In this document: in pieces, positions 38,509 through 46,747 of the stretch | Position numbering within the stretch: the stretch's first letter is position 1 | How the letters are laid out: every line of letters begins with the position of its first letter | NCBI GenBank assembly: GCA_963752285.1 | Contig: CAVVXN010000005.1 | Span: 448,001-512,000, forward strand | Reading direction: 5' to 3' | Length of the DNA: 64,000 bases | Source of the DNA: an uncultured Planctomycetota bacterium | Lineage (GTDB): Bacteria > Planctomycetota > PLA2 > JAEUHO01 | The notes under the pieces: model-generated | The model's input: the letters and a program-made list of their open reading frames with translations, nothing else | What the model was told of the DNA's origin: nothing | Databases searched by the model: none | Position numbers and translations under genes: made by a program

Positions 38509-39913
38509 CGCTCCGCGGTTCCAGGACCTTGTCGGGGTTGAGGAGCCCCGCCGGGTCGAGCGCGTCCTTGATGCGCCGCATCCACGCGATCGCGGTGGGA
38601 TCGCGGCAGAGCCGGAGGTACCGGCTCTGCACGCAGCCGACGCCGTGCTCGCCCGTGATCGTGCCGCCGAGGGCGACGACCTCGCGGAACACGTCCTCGG
38701 CCGCCGCGGCGAAGCGCGCGCTCCGTCGCTCGAGGTCCGCGTCGGCCGACAGGAGGTTGACGTGGATGTTGCCGTCGCCGGCGTGCCCGTACGAGACCTC
38801 TTCGACCCCGTGCCGCGCCGCGACCTCGCGCGCGGCGCGGAACACGTCCGGCACGTTCGCCGGAGGAACCGCGACGTCGCACTCCACGTGCGCGGCGCTC
38901 TTCTTGACCGCCTCGCCGAGACAGCGCCGCGCGGCCCACACCTCGGCCTCCTTGGCGGGCGTGTCGGCGAAGAGCACGTCGGCCGCGCCGGCGTCGAGGA
39001 GCGCCGCGCCGACGCGCTCCGCCTCGCGGTCGAGTGCGTCGGGGTCGGCGCCGTCGAGCTCCAGGATCACGTGCGCCTCGGCGCTCGGGAACGGACTCTC
39101 CCTGCCCAGGTGGCGCGCGGCGATCTCGAGGGCGGAACGTCCGACGATCTCGAGGACCGACGGAACGGCGCGCGCGCGGTACACCGCGCCGACGGCCGCG
39201 CCCGCCGCCTCGAGCGTCGCGTAGGGGACGAGCAGGAGCCGTCGGTGGGGCGGCATCGGGATCAGGCGGAGCGTCACCTCCGTCACGACCGCGAGCGTGC
39301 CCTCGCTCCCGACGAGGAGACGCGTGAGGTCGTAGCCGGCCACGTCCTTGCGCAGTCGCCCGCCGGTGCGGAAGACGTCGCCTCGCACGTCCGCCGCCTC
39401 GAGCGCGAGGACCCACTCGCGGGTCACGCCGTACTTGACCGCGTGCGGCCCGCCGGCGTTCTCGGCGACGTTTCCGCCGATCGTGCACGATCCGCGGCTC
39501 GCCGGGTCGGGCGGGTAGTAGAGCCCCCGCGCGGCGACCGCGTCCTGCAGCCGTTCCGTCACGACGCCGGGCTCGACGACGCACGCGAGGTTCGTCTCGT
39601 CGATCTCCGAGATCGAGTCCATCCGGTCCACGGAGAGGAGGACCCCGCCGTGGAGCGCGAGGGCCCCGCCGGACAGGCCCGTGCCGCCGGCGCGGGGCGT
39701 CGTGGGGACGCCGGCCTCGTGGGCGAGGCGCAGCACGGCGGAGACTTCCGCCGTGGTTCGCGGGCGCACGACGACCTCCGGCGGATGGCGGCGGCCCTGC
39801 GTCTCGTCGTGCGCGTACGGTTCGACGCCCGCGCGGTCCACGAGGACGTACGGGCCGCCGACGGCGCCTTCGAGGCGGGAGACGAGCCTGTCGGTGACCG
39901 CGGGGAAGCGCAT
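38462..39913 (-). CDS. FAD-linked oxidase, GlcD/D-2-hydroxyacid dehydrogenase family
   Basis: PRAGGTGLSGG, PDP.S...CTIGGNVAENAGG, GSEGTL, GHAGDGNIH, GEHGVG, K.ALDP..LLNP.K. Confidence 0.92.
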   Translation of the reverse strand: MRFPAVTDRLVSRLEGAVGGPYVLVDRAGVEPYAHDETQGRRHPPEVVVRPRTTAEVSAVLRLAHEAGVPTTPRAGGTGLSGGALALHGGVLLSVDRMDSISEIDETNLACVVEPGVVTERLQDAVAARGLYYPPDPASRGSCTIGGNVAENAGGPHAVKYGVTREWVLALEAADVRGDVFRTGGRLRKDVAGYDLTRLLVGSEGTLAVVTEVTLRLIPMPPHRRLLLVPYATLEAAGAAVGAVYRARAVPSVLEIVGRSALEIAARHLGRESPFPSAEAHVILELDGADPDALDREAERVGAALLDAGAADVLFADTPAKEAEVWAARRCLGEAVKKSAAHVECDVAVPPANVPDVFRAAREVAARHGVEEVSYGHAGDGNIHVNLLSADADLERRSARFAAAAEDVFREVVALGGTITGEHGVGCVQSRYLRLCRDPTAIAWMRRIKDALDPAGLLNPDKVLEPRSATPGGSRASPSPGTA

Positions 39914-40082
39914 CTCCCGATCTTCGTCGCGACGGAGCCCCCCGCGGGATTCCGGCCGACCGATGGCTCGTCGCGCCGGCGGGCGGGGGTTTCGCGCGCG
40001 GACCGATCGACGTATCCTCCGGCTCGACGCCCGCCGCGCTCACTTCGGGTGCCGGCCCCCGCGACGGGTGGGAGGGAAGTCC

Positions 40083-41942
40083 ATGGGCCGCATCGTGTCC
40101 ACCTTCATCGCACTCGCCGTTCTCGCCACGGCGCTCTTCGTCGGACGCGCGCGCGCCGACACGGACGGGCCCGTGCTCCGCCTCCACCGCGTCGGCGCGC
40201 TGACCCACGGCCGGCCCTCGTACCTGCGGCCGCAGGAGCCGGTTGTCACCCCCGACATGGTCTCGGACGAGGAGCGCCCGCTCTTCGGGGCCGTAGGCGA
40301 GGAGCCCTGGTATCCGCTGGGGACGGTAGACGAGCTGGTCGAGCAGGTGAAGTCGATCGTCGAGCCGAGCTACTGGGAGCGGACGGAGGGCGCGGACATC
40401 GCGACCCAGGGAGAGGACGCGATCCTGGTCCGCGCGTCGCCGCAGATGCAGGACGCCGTCGCGCGCTTCCTCGACGACCAGCTGCGTCGCCTGGGCCGCA
40501 CGGTGACCGTGGACCTGCGCGCCGTCCGGATCGCCCCCGACGCGGCGAGGCAGGTGACGGCGTCGTCGCCCGGCGTGACGCTCCCCGACGACGTCGCCGC
40601 GCGCCTGCTCCACGACGCCGCGCCCGGGCCCTCGTTGTCCCTCACCTGCCTCCCCGGACAGCCCTCCGTGGCCTGGGTCGGTCGCGAGGCGACCTGGATC
40701 TGCGACGCCGACGTCGAGGTGGCCCAGGACGCTTCGACGAGCGATCCCATCGTCTCGACGTCCAACCTCGGTCTGATGGCGCAGATCCGGCCCACGCTCG
40801 AGGACGGAGGGCACAGCGTGCTCCTCGAGCTCGACCTCGCGTGGGCCGACATGGGCGCGCCGCGGGCCCTCGCGACGGCGCGGAACGGAACGCTCGAGGC
40901 GCCGCCGCACCGCGTGGTGACGTGCCGTCCGACGCTCCACGTCCCCGTCGGGCGTTGGGCGGTGGCGGACGCGCGCGCCGAGGGCCCCGACGGTGGGTGG
41001 ATCCTCCTCGCGCGGGCGACGCCGCACCCCTACGAGACCACCGGCGGGCGGCCGGCGGCGATCGACCTCGGGGCCGCGGTCGCGCCGGGGACGGGCGACA
41101 TGGCGTCCCGGTCCTTCGGCGTGGGCGTGCTCACGACGCCCATCTGCGCGCGGCGATCCTGGAGCTGGCGGATGGACCTCGTCCCGTCGCGGTACACGCC
41201 GCCGGAGCCGCCCGAGCTCCCCGAGCCCCTGCCCGCGGTCTCGCTCGACCAGCTCGTCGAGATCGTCCGCGCGGCCACCGGCGAGGCGTGCTGGGAGGAA
41301 CCGGCCTCCCTCGACGCGCGCGGGGACCGGATCATCGCCCGGAACCGGCCGGGCGTGCTCGATCGCGCGGCGGGGATCTTCGACGAGCTGGCCGCGCGCC
41401 TCGCCGAGAACGTCGTCGTCGAGGCCGAGGTCCTGGACGTCTCGCCCGACCTCGCGTCGCGACTCGACGCGCGCGGTGCGCTCGGGCCGCCCGAGGTCCA
41501 GGCGCTCGCCGCCGCGCGCGCCGCGGGGGAGGCGCACACCCTCGCGGCGGTCCGACTGGTCGCGCGGCCTGGCGTCCCGAACGGCGTCGCCTCGGGGGAC
41601 GAGGTCCCGTACCTCGCCGACTACTACGTCGAGATCGCCGAGAAGACGGCGATCGGGAACCCGGTGGTGCTCCACGCGTTCTCGGGCGTGTCGCTCGACG
41701 TGGACGCGGCCCCGAGCCCCGACGGCGGGTCGGTGCTCCTGAACGTCTCGTACGCGCGAAACGAGCTGGCGCGACCCTTCCGGACGCGCGCGACGGAGCA
41801 CGGCGAGATCGAGCTCCCCTCGATGGGCGTCGAGCGGTTTCGGACGTCGGTGGAGGCGCCACTCGGCCGTCCGCTCGTCCTCTCCGCGTGGACCGAGGGC
41901 GAGCGTCACCGGATCCTGGTGCTGACGCCCCGGATCGAGTGA
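40083..41942 (+). CDS. Secreted protein with two tandem secretin-like modules
   Basis: Signal peptide; two repeats of LVE.V......W...I.....I.R.......L.......V.V followed by a beta-rich region ending L.TP. Confidence 0.65.
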   Translation: MGRIVSTFIALAVLATALFVGRARADTDGPVLRLHRVGALTHGRPSYLRPQEPVVTPDMVSDEERPLFGAVGEEPWYPLGTVDELVEQVKSIVEPSYWERTEGADIATQGEDAILVRASPQMQDAVARFLDDQLRRLGRTVTVDLRAVRIAPDAARQVTASSPGVTLPDDVAARLLHDAAPGPSLSLTCLPGQPSVAWVGREATWICDADVEVAQDASTSDPIVSTSNLGLMAQIRPTLEDGGHSVLLELDLAWADMGAPRALATARNGTLEAPPHRVVTCRPTLHVPVGRWAVADARAEGPDGGWILLARATPHPYETTGGRPAAIDLGAAVAPGTGDMASRSFGVGVLTTPICARRSWSWRMDLVPSRYTPPEPPELPEPLPAVSLDQLVEIVRAATGEACWEEPASLDARGDRIIARNRPGVLDRAAGIFDELAARLAENVVVEAEVLDVSPDLASRLDARGALGPPEVQALAAARAAGEAHTLAAVRLVARPGVPNGVASGDEVPYLADYYVEIAEKTAIGNPVVLHAFSGVSLDVDAAPSPDGGSVLLNVSYARNELARPFRTRATEHGEIELPSMGVERFRTSVEAPLGRPLVLSAWTEGERHRILVLTPRIE

Positions 41943-42018
41943 GCCGGCGCGCGGACGGCCATCTCCGAGTCCGTGGGGGAATGGGCCGAAGCTCCGGACC
42001 CGATTCCCTCACGGGCTC

Positions 42019-42729
42019 TCAGTCGCGGGACTGGAGGAAGAGGAGCAGCACGTACCAGAAGAGGAGCGCGACGGACGCGAACAGCGCGAGCGCGGCCGCG
42101 ACGTGGCGGTCCTCCGGGTAGTGGTGCAGCACGTTCGACGTGTCGTAGAGGATCATCCCGCCCGCGAGGGCCACCATCGCGACGCTGAACCACATGCCGA
42201 GCGTGAACCCGAAGATCGCCGCGGCGACGATGGCGACGAGCGCCACGATCCCGCCGTACATGACCACCCCGCGGAGGAACGAGAAGTCCTTCCTCGTGAC
42301 GTACACGATGGCGGTGAGGCCCGTGAACGCCGCGAGCGTCACGAGCGCGGCCGAGCCGATCACGCCGCCCGCGTACCGCTCCGCGACGAGGAGCAGCGGG
42401 ACGAAGATCAGCGCTTCGAGGAGGACGTACGTGGCCAGGGCGGCGTACTGGGCTCCCGTCGTCCGCGCGGTCACCGCGACCCGGCTCGCGAGCGAACCGA
42501 GGAGGACGAACGCGCCGAGGAACAGGAGCCAGCGGAGCGAGCTGCCGGCCAGGAACCCGGCCATGCTCTCGGGCAGGCTCGTCTGGAAGACCGCGACCTC
42601 GATCAGGACGAAGGCGACGATCGCGCCGAAGAGGGTCGCGTACGTCCGGCCGAGGAACGCCGCGCGGGCGTCTACCCCCATCGCATCGACCGGGCGACCG
42701 TCGCGGGGCCAGGAGATCGTGTCGCGCAT
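42019..42729 (-). CDS. Bax inhibitor-1/YccA family membrane protein
   Basis: R..FL..TY, seven TM helices, KDFSFL, ILYDTS, AAL.LF. Confidence 0.92.
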   Translation of the reverse strand: MRDTISWPRDGRPVDAMGVDARAAFLGRTYATLFGAIVAFVLIEVAVFQTSLPESMAGFLAGSSLRWLLFLGAFVLLGSLASRVAVTARTTGAQYAALATYVLLEALIFVPLLLVAERYAGGVIGSAALVTLAAFTGLTAIVYVTRKDFSFLRGVVMYGGIVALVAIVAAAIFGFTLGMWFSVAMVALAGGMILYDTSNVLHHYPEDRHVAAALALFASVALLFWYVLLLFLQSRD

Positions 42730-42756
42730 GGGGCTCTCCTCGAGGGGCCGGGCATT

Positions 42757-43488
42757 CTAGGGGAGATTCGACGGTCTCGCGGTCGCCCCGAACGAAGGGG
42801 CGGACGGACAGAGCGCGGCCACGGGGCAGTCCGCGCAGCGCGGGGCCCGGGCCGTACAGAGCGTTCGCCCGTGGTGGATGAGCACGTGGGCGAGGTCCAC
42901 CCACGCGCTCGCCGGATGGAGCGCCATCAGGTCGCGCTCCACGTGCACGGGATCGGTCGCCTTCGTCCAGCCGAGCCGGCGCGCGATCCGCTTCACGTGC
43001 GTGTCCACGACGACGCCGTCGGCCAGGTTCCAGATCACGCCGCGCACGACGTTCGCCGTCTTCCGCGCGACGCCCGACAGCGTCAGGAGGTCGTCCATCG
43101 CCGACGGCACCTCGCCGCCGTACCTCTCGGTCACGCGCGCGGCCATCTCCTGGAGGCTCTTCGCCTTGTTGCGGAAGAACCCGGTCGAGTGGACCGCCTC
43201 CTCGACCTCGCCGCGCTCGGCCCGCGCGAGCGCCGCGGGGGTCGGCCAGCGATAGAACAGGGCGGGCGTGACCATGTTCACGCGCGCGTCCGTGCACTGC
43301 GCGGAGAGGATCGTCGCGACGAGGAGCTCGAACGCGTTCCGGTGCTCGAGGGCGCAGCCTGCGTCGGGGTAGCGGGCGGAGAGGCGGGCGCGGACCTCCG
43401 CCGCCTTGGCGCGCTCGGCCTCGGTGGGGGGGCGGCGCCGGGGGCCCGCGCGGGGGCGCCGCGCGGTCTTCGTCGAACGTCCGCCCAT
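42757..43488 (-). CDS. nth: Endonuclease III
   Basis: LL.ATILSAQCTD.RVN, GFFRNKA, L.GVARKTANVV, VDTHV, C.A..PRC..C.....C 4Fe-4S motif. Confidence 0.97.
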   Translation of the reverse strand: MGGRSTKTARRPRAGPRRRPPTEAERAKAAEVRARLSARYPDAGCALEHRNAFELLVATILSAQCTDARVNMVTPALFYRWPTPAALARAERGEVEEAVHSTGFFRNKAKSLQEMAARVTERYGGEVPSAMDDLLTLSGVARKTANVVRGVIWNLADGVVVDTHVKRIARRLGWTKATDPVHVERDLMALHPASAWVDLAHVLIHHGRTLCTARAPRCADCPVAALCPSAPSFGATARPSNLP

Positions 43489-43612
43489 CGCCTCGACCTC
43501 CCGGCGCACCGCGCGCCCGGCCGCCCGTCCGGCGGGGACCCGCGCGGTCCACGGCCTGGATGATGCCATCCCCCGTCCCCGGTCGGCCCGGCGCCTCCGC
43601 TATCGTGGCGGC

Positions 43613-44278
43613 ATGCGGCGCGTGGAGGTCACGGCGGCGGTCCTGGTGATCGGGGTCGCGGCGTGGGGCGTCGCGAGCCAGCTCGCGAGCGGTCCCGAGA
43701 TCGTGGCGGCGCCCGTCCGTCCGATCGGCCTCGGGGAGGCCGTGGATCCGGACGTCCGGCTCCTCGACCTCCAAGGTCACGGCGTCCGGATCGGGGACCT
43801 CTTCGGGACCCGGGCGACGGTCCTCTACTCCTGGAGCACGACCTGCCCCTGCATCCCGTTCTGCGAGCCCGAGATCGAGCGGGTCGCGGGCCGACACGGC
43901 CCGGACGAGGGCGTCCGCTGGGTCGGGATCGCCGGCGAGCCCTCCGACGGTCCCGACGAGGTGCGGCGCACGCTGGCGAAGCTCGGCGCGCCCTACCCCG
44001 TCCTCCTCGATCCCGGACACCGGCTGTGCGGGCGCGTGGGGTTCGACCGCGCGGCGATCGTCGCCGTCCTCGACCGCAACGGCTATCTGCGCTTCCGCGG
44101 CAACCCGAGCGACAGCCTGAGGCACCCGAAGCGCTTCTTCGTCGAGCCGGCGCTCGTCGCCGTCCTCCAGGGCGACCGCCCGGAGGTCCCCGAGACGCCC
44201 CGCTTCTACGGCTGCGAGTTCGCCGCCGCGATCGCCTGCCCCGACGCCTCTCCGACCGGGGCCTCGCCGTCGGAGTAG
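43613..44278 (+). CDS. Membrane-anchored redoxin (thioredoxin-fold, AhpC/TSA-like)
   Basis: N-terminal anchor, L.DLQG..V...D, WSTTCPC, YPVLLD, VLD..G.LRFRG, C-terminal YGC. Confidence 0.8.
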   Translation: MRRVEVTAAVLVIGVAAWGVASQLASGPEIVAAPVRPIGLGEAVDPDVRLLDLQGHGVRIGDLFGTRATVLYSWSTTCPCIPFCEPEIERVAGRHGPDEGVRWVGIAGEPSDGPDEVRRTLAKLGAPYPVLLDPGHRLCGRVGFDRAAIVAVLDRNGYLRFRGNPSDSLRHPKRFFVEPALVAVLQGDRPEVPETPRFYGCEFAAAIACPDASPTGASPSE

Positions 44279-44429
44279 GCTTCCGCCCCGGATCGGGCGG
44301 TTCCGGGCGGCGCCGGGACCCCGGGGGCGGCGTGACGGCGCGCCGCGCGGGGTCACGGCCGGGACGCGAACGGTCGCCTCCGCGTGGCCCCACGGGTACC
44401 GATCCGAGCCCCGGGAGCTTCGTGCCCTC

Positions 44430-45881
44430 GTGAAGATCAAGGTCGGCATCCCCGTGTTCATCGCCGCGGCGGGGACCGATCCCCGCTTCGCGCGGCTCGT
44501 CAGCCGGTACCTCTTCGCGGCCGCGGCGTGGCTCCTCGCCGGAAGCGTGATCGGCGTCGTCGTCGCCTTCCGACTCGTGGATCCCCACCTCCTGGGGCAG
44601 CCCGAGTTCCTCTTCCACGGCCTCGTGCGACCCGTCCACACGATGGTGGTGCTCTTCGGCTGGCTGTCCCTCGCGCTCGTCGCGATGGCGCTCTACGTCG
44701 TCCCGAAGTCCTCGCGCGTCATGCTGACCGGGGGCGAGATCACGGCCGCCAACGTGGTGCTCGTGCTGTGGAACGTCGGGCTCGTGCTCGGCGCGCTCGC
44801 GCTCCTGACCGGCCACTCCACCGGACGGGAGTACCGCGAGGCCCCGTGGTGGGCCATGGGCTTCATCGCCGTGGGCGTCGTGACGCTCTTCGGGATCTTC
44901 CTCCGCGTGATCGCGCGACGCGCCGTGAAAGGCATCTACATCTCGTGCTGGTTCGTCCTCGCCGCGTGCTTCTGGCTCGCCATCGTGGTCGTGGTCGGCT
45001 ACATGCCGTTCTTCCGCCAGGGCCTGTCGAACACCATCATCGAGGGGTTCTACATCCACAACGTGGTGGGGATGTGGTTCACGCCGCTGGCGGTCGGGTT
45101 GACGTACTACACGCTCCCGAAGCTCCTGAACAAGCCGATCTACTCGTACGCGCTGGGCGTGCTCGGCTTCTTCACGCATCTCCTCTTCTACACGGTGATC
45201 GGCACCCACCACTTCGAGTTCTCGCCGCTGCCCGATTGGCACGAGACCGTCGCCGTGGTGTTCAGCGTCGCGATGATCGTCCCCGTGTGGGCCAGCACGG
45301 GGAACTTCCTCCTCACGATGAAGGGCGAGCGCACGGCGATCTCGCTGTCGTACAGCCTCCCGTTCATCCTGGTGGGGGTGGTGGCGTACGGGCTCATCTC
45401 GCTCCAGGGGAGCGTGGAGGCGCTGCGCTACGTGCAGGAACACTGGCACCTCACCGACATGACGATCGGCCACGCGCACGGCGCGCTCTACCTCTTCGCG
45501 ACGTTTCTCGTGTGGGGGTCGATCTACGGGCTCTTCCCCCGCATCACGGGCCGCGAGCCCGAGCCCGGCATGGTCGCCGCGCACTTCTGGCTGGCGCTCG
45601 CCGGCATGGTCATCTACGTGGGCGCCCTCACGCTGGCCGGCGACGTCGAGGGCCGCGCGTGGGTGGACGGCCTCCCGTTCATGGACTCGGTGCGGAACGT
45701 GATCCCGCACCTGGTCTGGCGCGGGGTCGGCGGGCTCTTCCTGGTCGCCGCGCACGTGGTCTTCCTGATCAACCTGTTCGCGATGCGCCCCGGCGCGTTC
45801 ACGATGGCGTTCGGCAAGGGCGGCGCCGCCGGCTCGAGCGCCGCGGGACCCGTGCCGTCGAGCGCGGGCCGGGAGGCGTGA
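44430..45881 (+). CDS. ccoN: cbb3-type (C-family) heme-copper oxidase subunit I, divergent
   Basis: RPVHT, REYRE, HNVVG, YY.LPK...PIYSY.L, Y...GTHH, IGHAH; about 12 TM helices. Confidence 0.88.
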   Translation: MKIKVGIPVFIAAAGTDPRFARLVSRYLFAAAAWLLAGSVIGVVVAFRLVDPHLLGQPEFLFHGLVRPVHTMVVLFGWLSLALVAMALYVVPKSSRVMLTGGEITAANVVLVLWNVGLVLGALALLTGHSTGREYREAPWWAMGFIAVGVVTLFGIFLRVIARRAVKGIYISCWFVLAACFWLAIVVVVGYMPFFRQGLSNTIIEGFYIHNVVGMWFTPLAVGLTYYTLPKLLNKPIYSYALGVLGFFTHLLFYTVIGTHHFEFSPLPDWHETVAVVFSVAMIVPVWASTGNFLLTMKGERTAISLSYSLPFILVGVVAYGLISLQGSVEALRYVQEHWHLTDMTIGHAHGALYLFATFLVWGSIYGLFPRITGREPEPGMVAAHFWLALAGMVIYVGALTLAGDVEGRAWVDGLPFMDSVRNVIPHLVWRGVGGLFLVAAHVVFLINLFAMRPGAFTMAFGKGGAAGSSAAGPVPSSAGREA

Positions 45882-45884
45882 GGC

Positions 45885-46520
45885 GTGCGGTTCGACGTCC
45901 ACACCAGCCTGAAGACGTTCCTCGTGCTCGCGGCGGGCGGCTACCTCGTCCTCGTGGTAGGCGTGGCGATCGTGCCTGCCGCGGTCCTCCACGCGCAGTA
46001 CCCGCCGTCCCCGCCGGGGACGTGGAAGGACGAGCGCGTGGAGCGCGGCCGAGAGCTCTACCGTCGCTACGGGTGCATCGCCTGTCACACGCAGCAGGTC
46101 CGCGGCGACGAGCGCTTCCCCACGGTGGACGACGAGGGCACGGTGCGGATCCCGGTCCTCGCGCCGGACCGCCGCTTCGGGCTCGAGTCGCCCACGCGCG
46201 CCGAGGACTACCGGGACGGCGATCCTCCGTTCCTCGGGACGCAGCGCCGCGGTCCCGACCTCACGAACGTGGGCGCGCGCCTCCCGAGCGCCACCTGGCA
46301 CTACTGGCACCTCTACGACCCTCAGAGCGTCTCTCCCGACTCGATCATGCCGGGGCTCCCCTGGCTCTTCCACACGGAGGAGACGAAGCGCCCCGAGGAC
46401 GAGAAGGTCGATCCGCTGGCGCGCCTGGACGTCCCGAAGGGCCGTCTCTACGCCACGCCCGACGCGCAGGCGCTCGTCGAGTACCTGCTGAGCCTCCGGC
46501 ACAAGGAGGACGTGCGGTGA
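45885..46520 (+). CDS. ccoO: cbb3-type oxidase subunit II-like monoheme cytochrome c
   Basis: GC..CH.QQVR (CIACH), LGTQR.GPDL..VG.R....WH..HLY.P......SIMP. Confidence 0.88.
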   Translation: MRFDVHTSLKTFLVLAAGGYLVLVVGVAIVPAAVLHAQYPPSPPGTWKDERVERGRELYRRYGCIACHTQQVRGDERFPTVDDEGTVRIPVLAPDRRFGLESPTRAEDYRDGDPPFLGTQRRGPDLTNVGARLPSATWHYWHLYDPQSVSPDSIMPGLPWLFHTEETKRPEDEKVDPLARLDVPKGRLYATPDAQALVEYLLSLRHKEDVR

Positions 46521-46747
46521 GCTTCCTGGCCGGCCACGTTCACGACCTCTCCGGGCTCGGGACCGCGGGCTGGGTCATCGTCGGGGTGGCCTCTCTCTTC
46601 GTGGCCTGGGTGTTCTGGCGCGCCGTCGTCCTGACGATCCGACCCGGCGAGGAGGAGCCGGACCACATCAAGCGCACGATCCTCGACGACGACCCTCCGG
46701 TCGGCACGCGCGCGGTCCACGGGCCCGTGGCCGGTGGCTCGAGGTGA
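46517..46747 (+). CDS. Small single-TM protein in the CcoQ position
   Basis: GTGA overlaps with both neighbours; one TM helix then PGEEEPDHIKRTIL. Confidence 0.7.
   Translation: MSFLAGHVHDLSGLGTAGWVIVGVASLFVAWVFWRAVVLTIRPGEEEPDHIKRTILDDDPPVGTRAVHGPVAGGSR

Noticed and set aside
44430..45881. Subunit I as a nitric oxide reductase
   Set aside because: It has the C-family HNxVG motif and helix-VII Tyr, lacks the NorB HLWVEG glutamate, and sits next to a CcoO-type cytochrome
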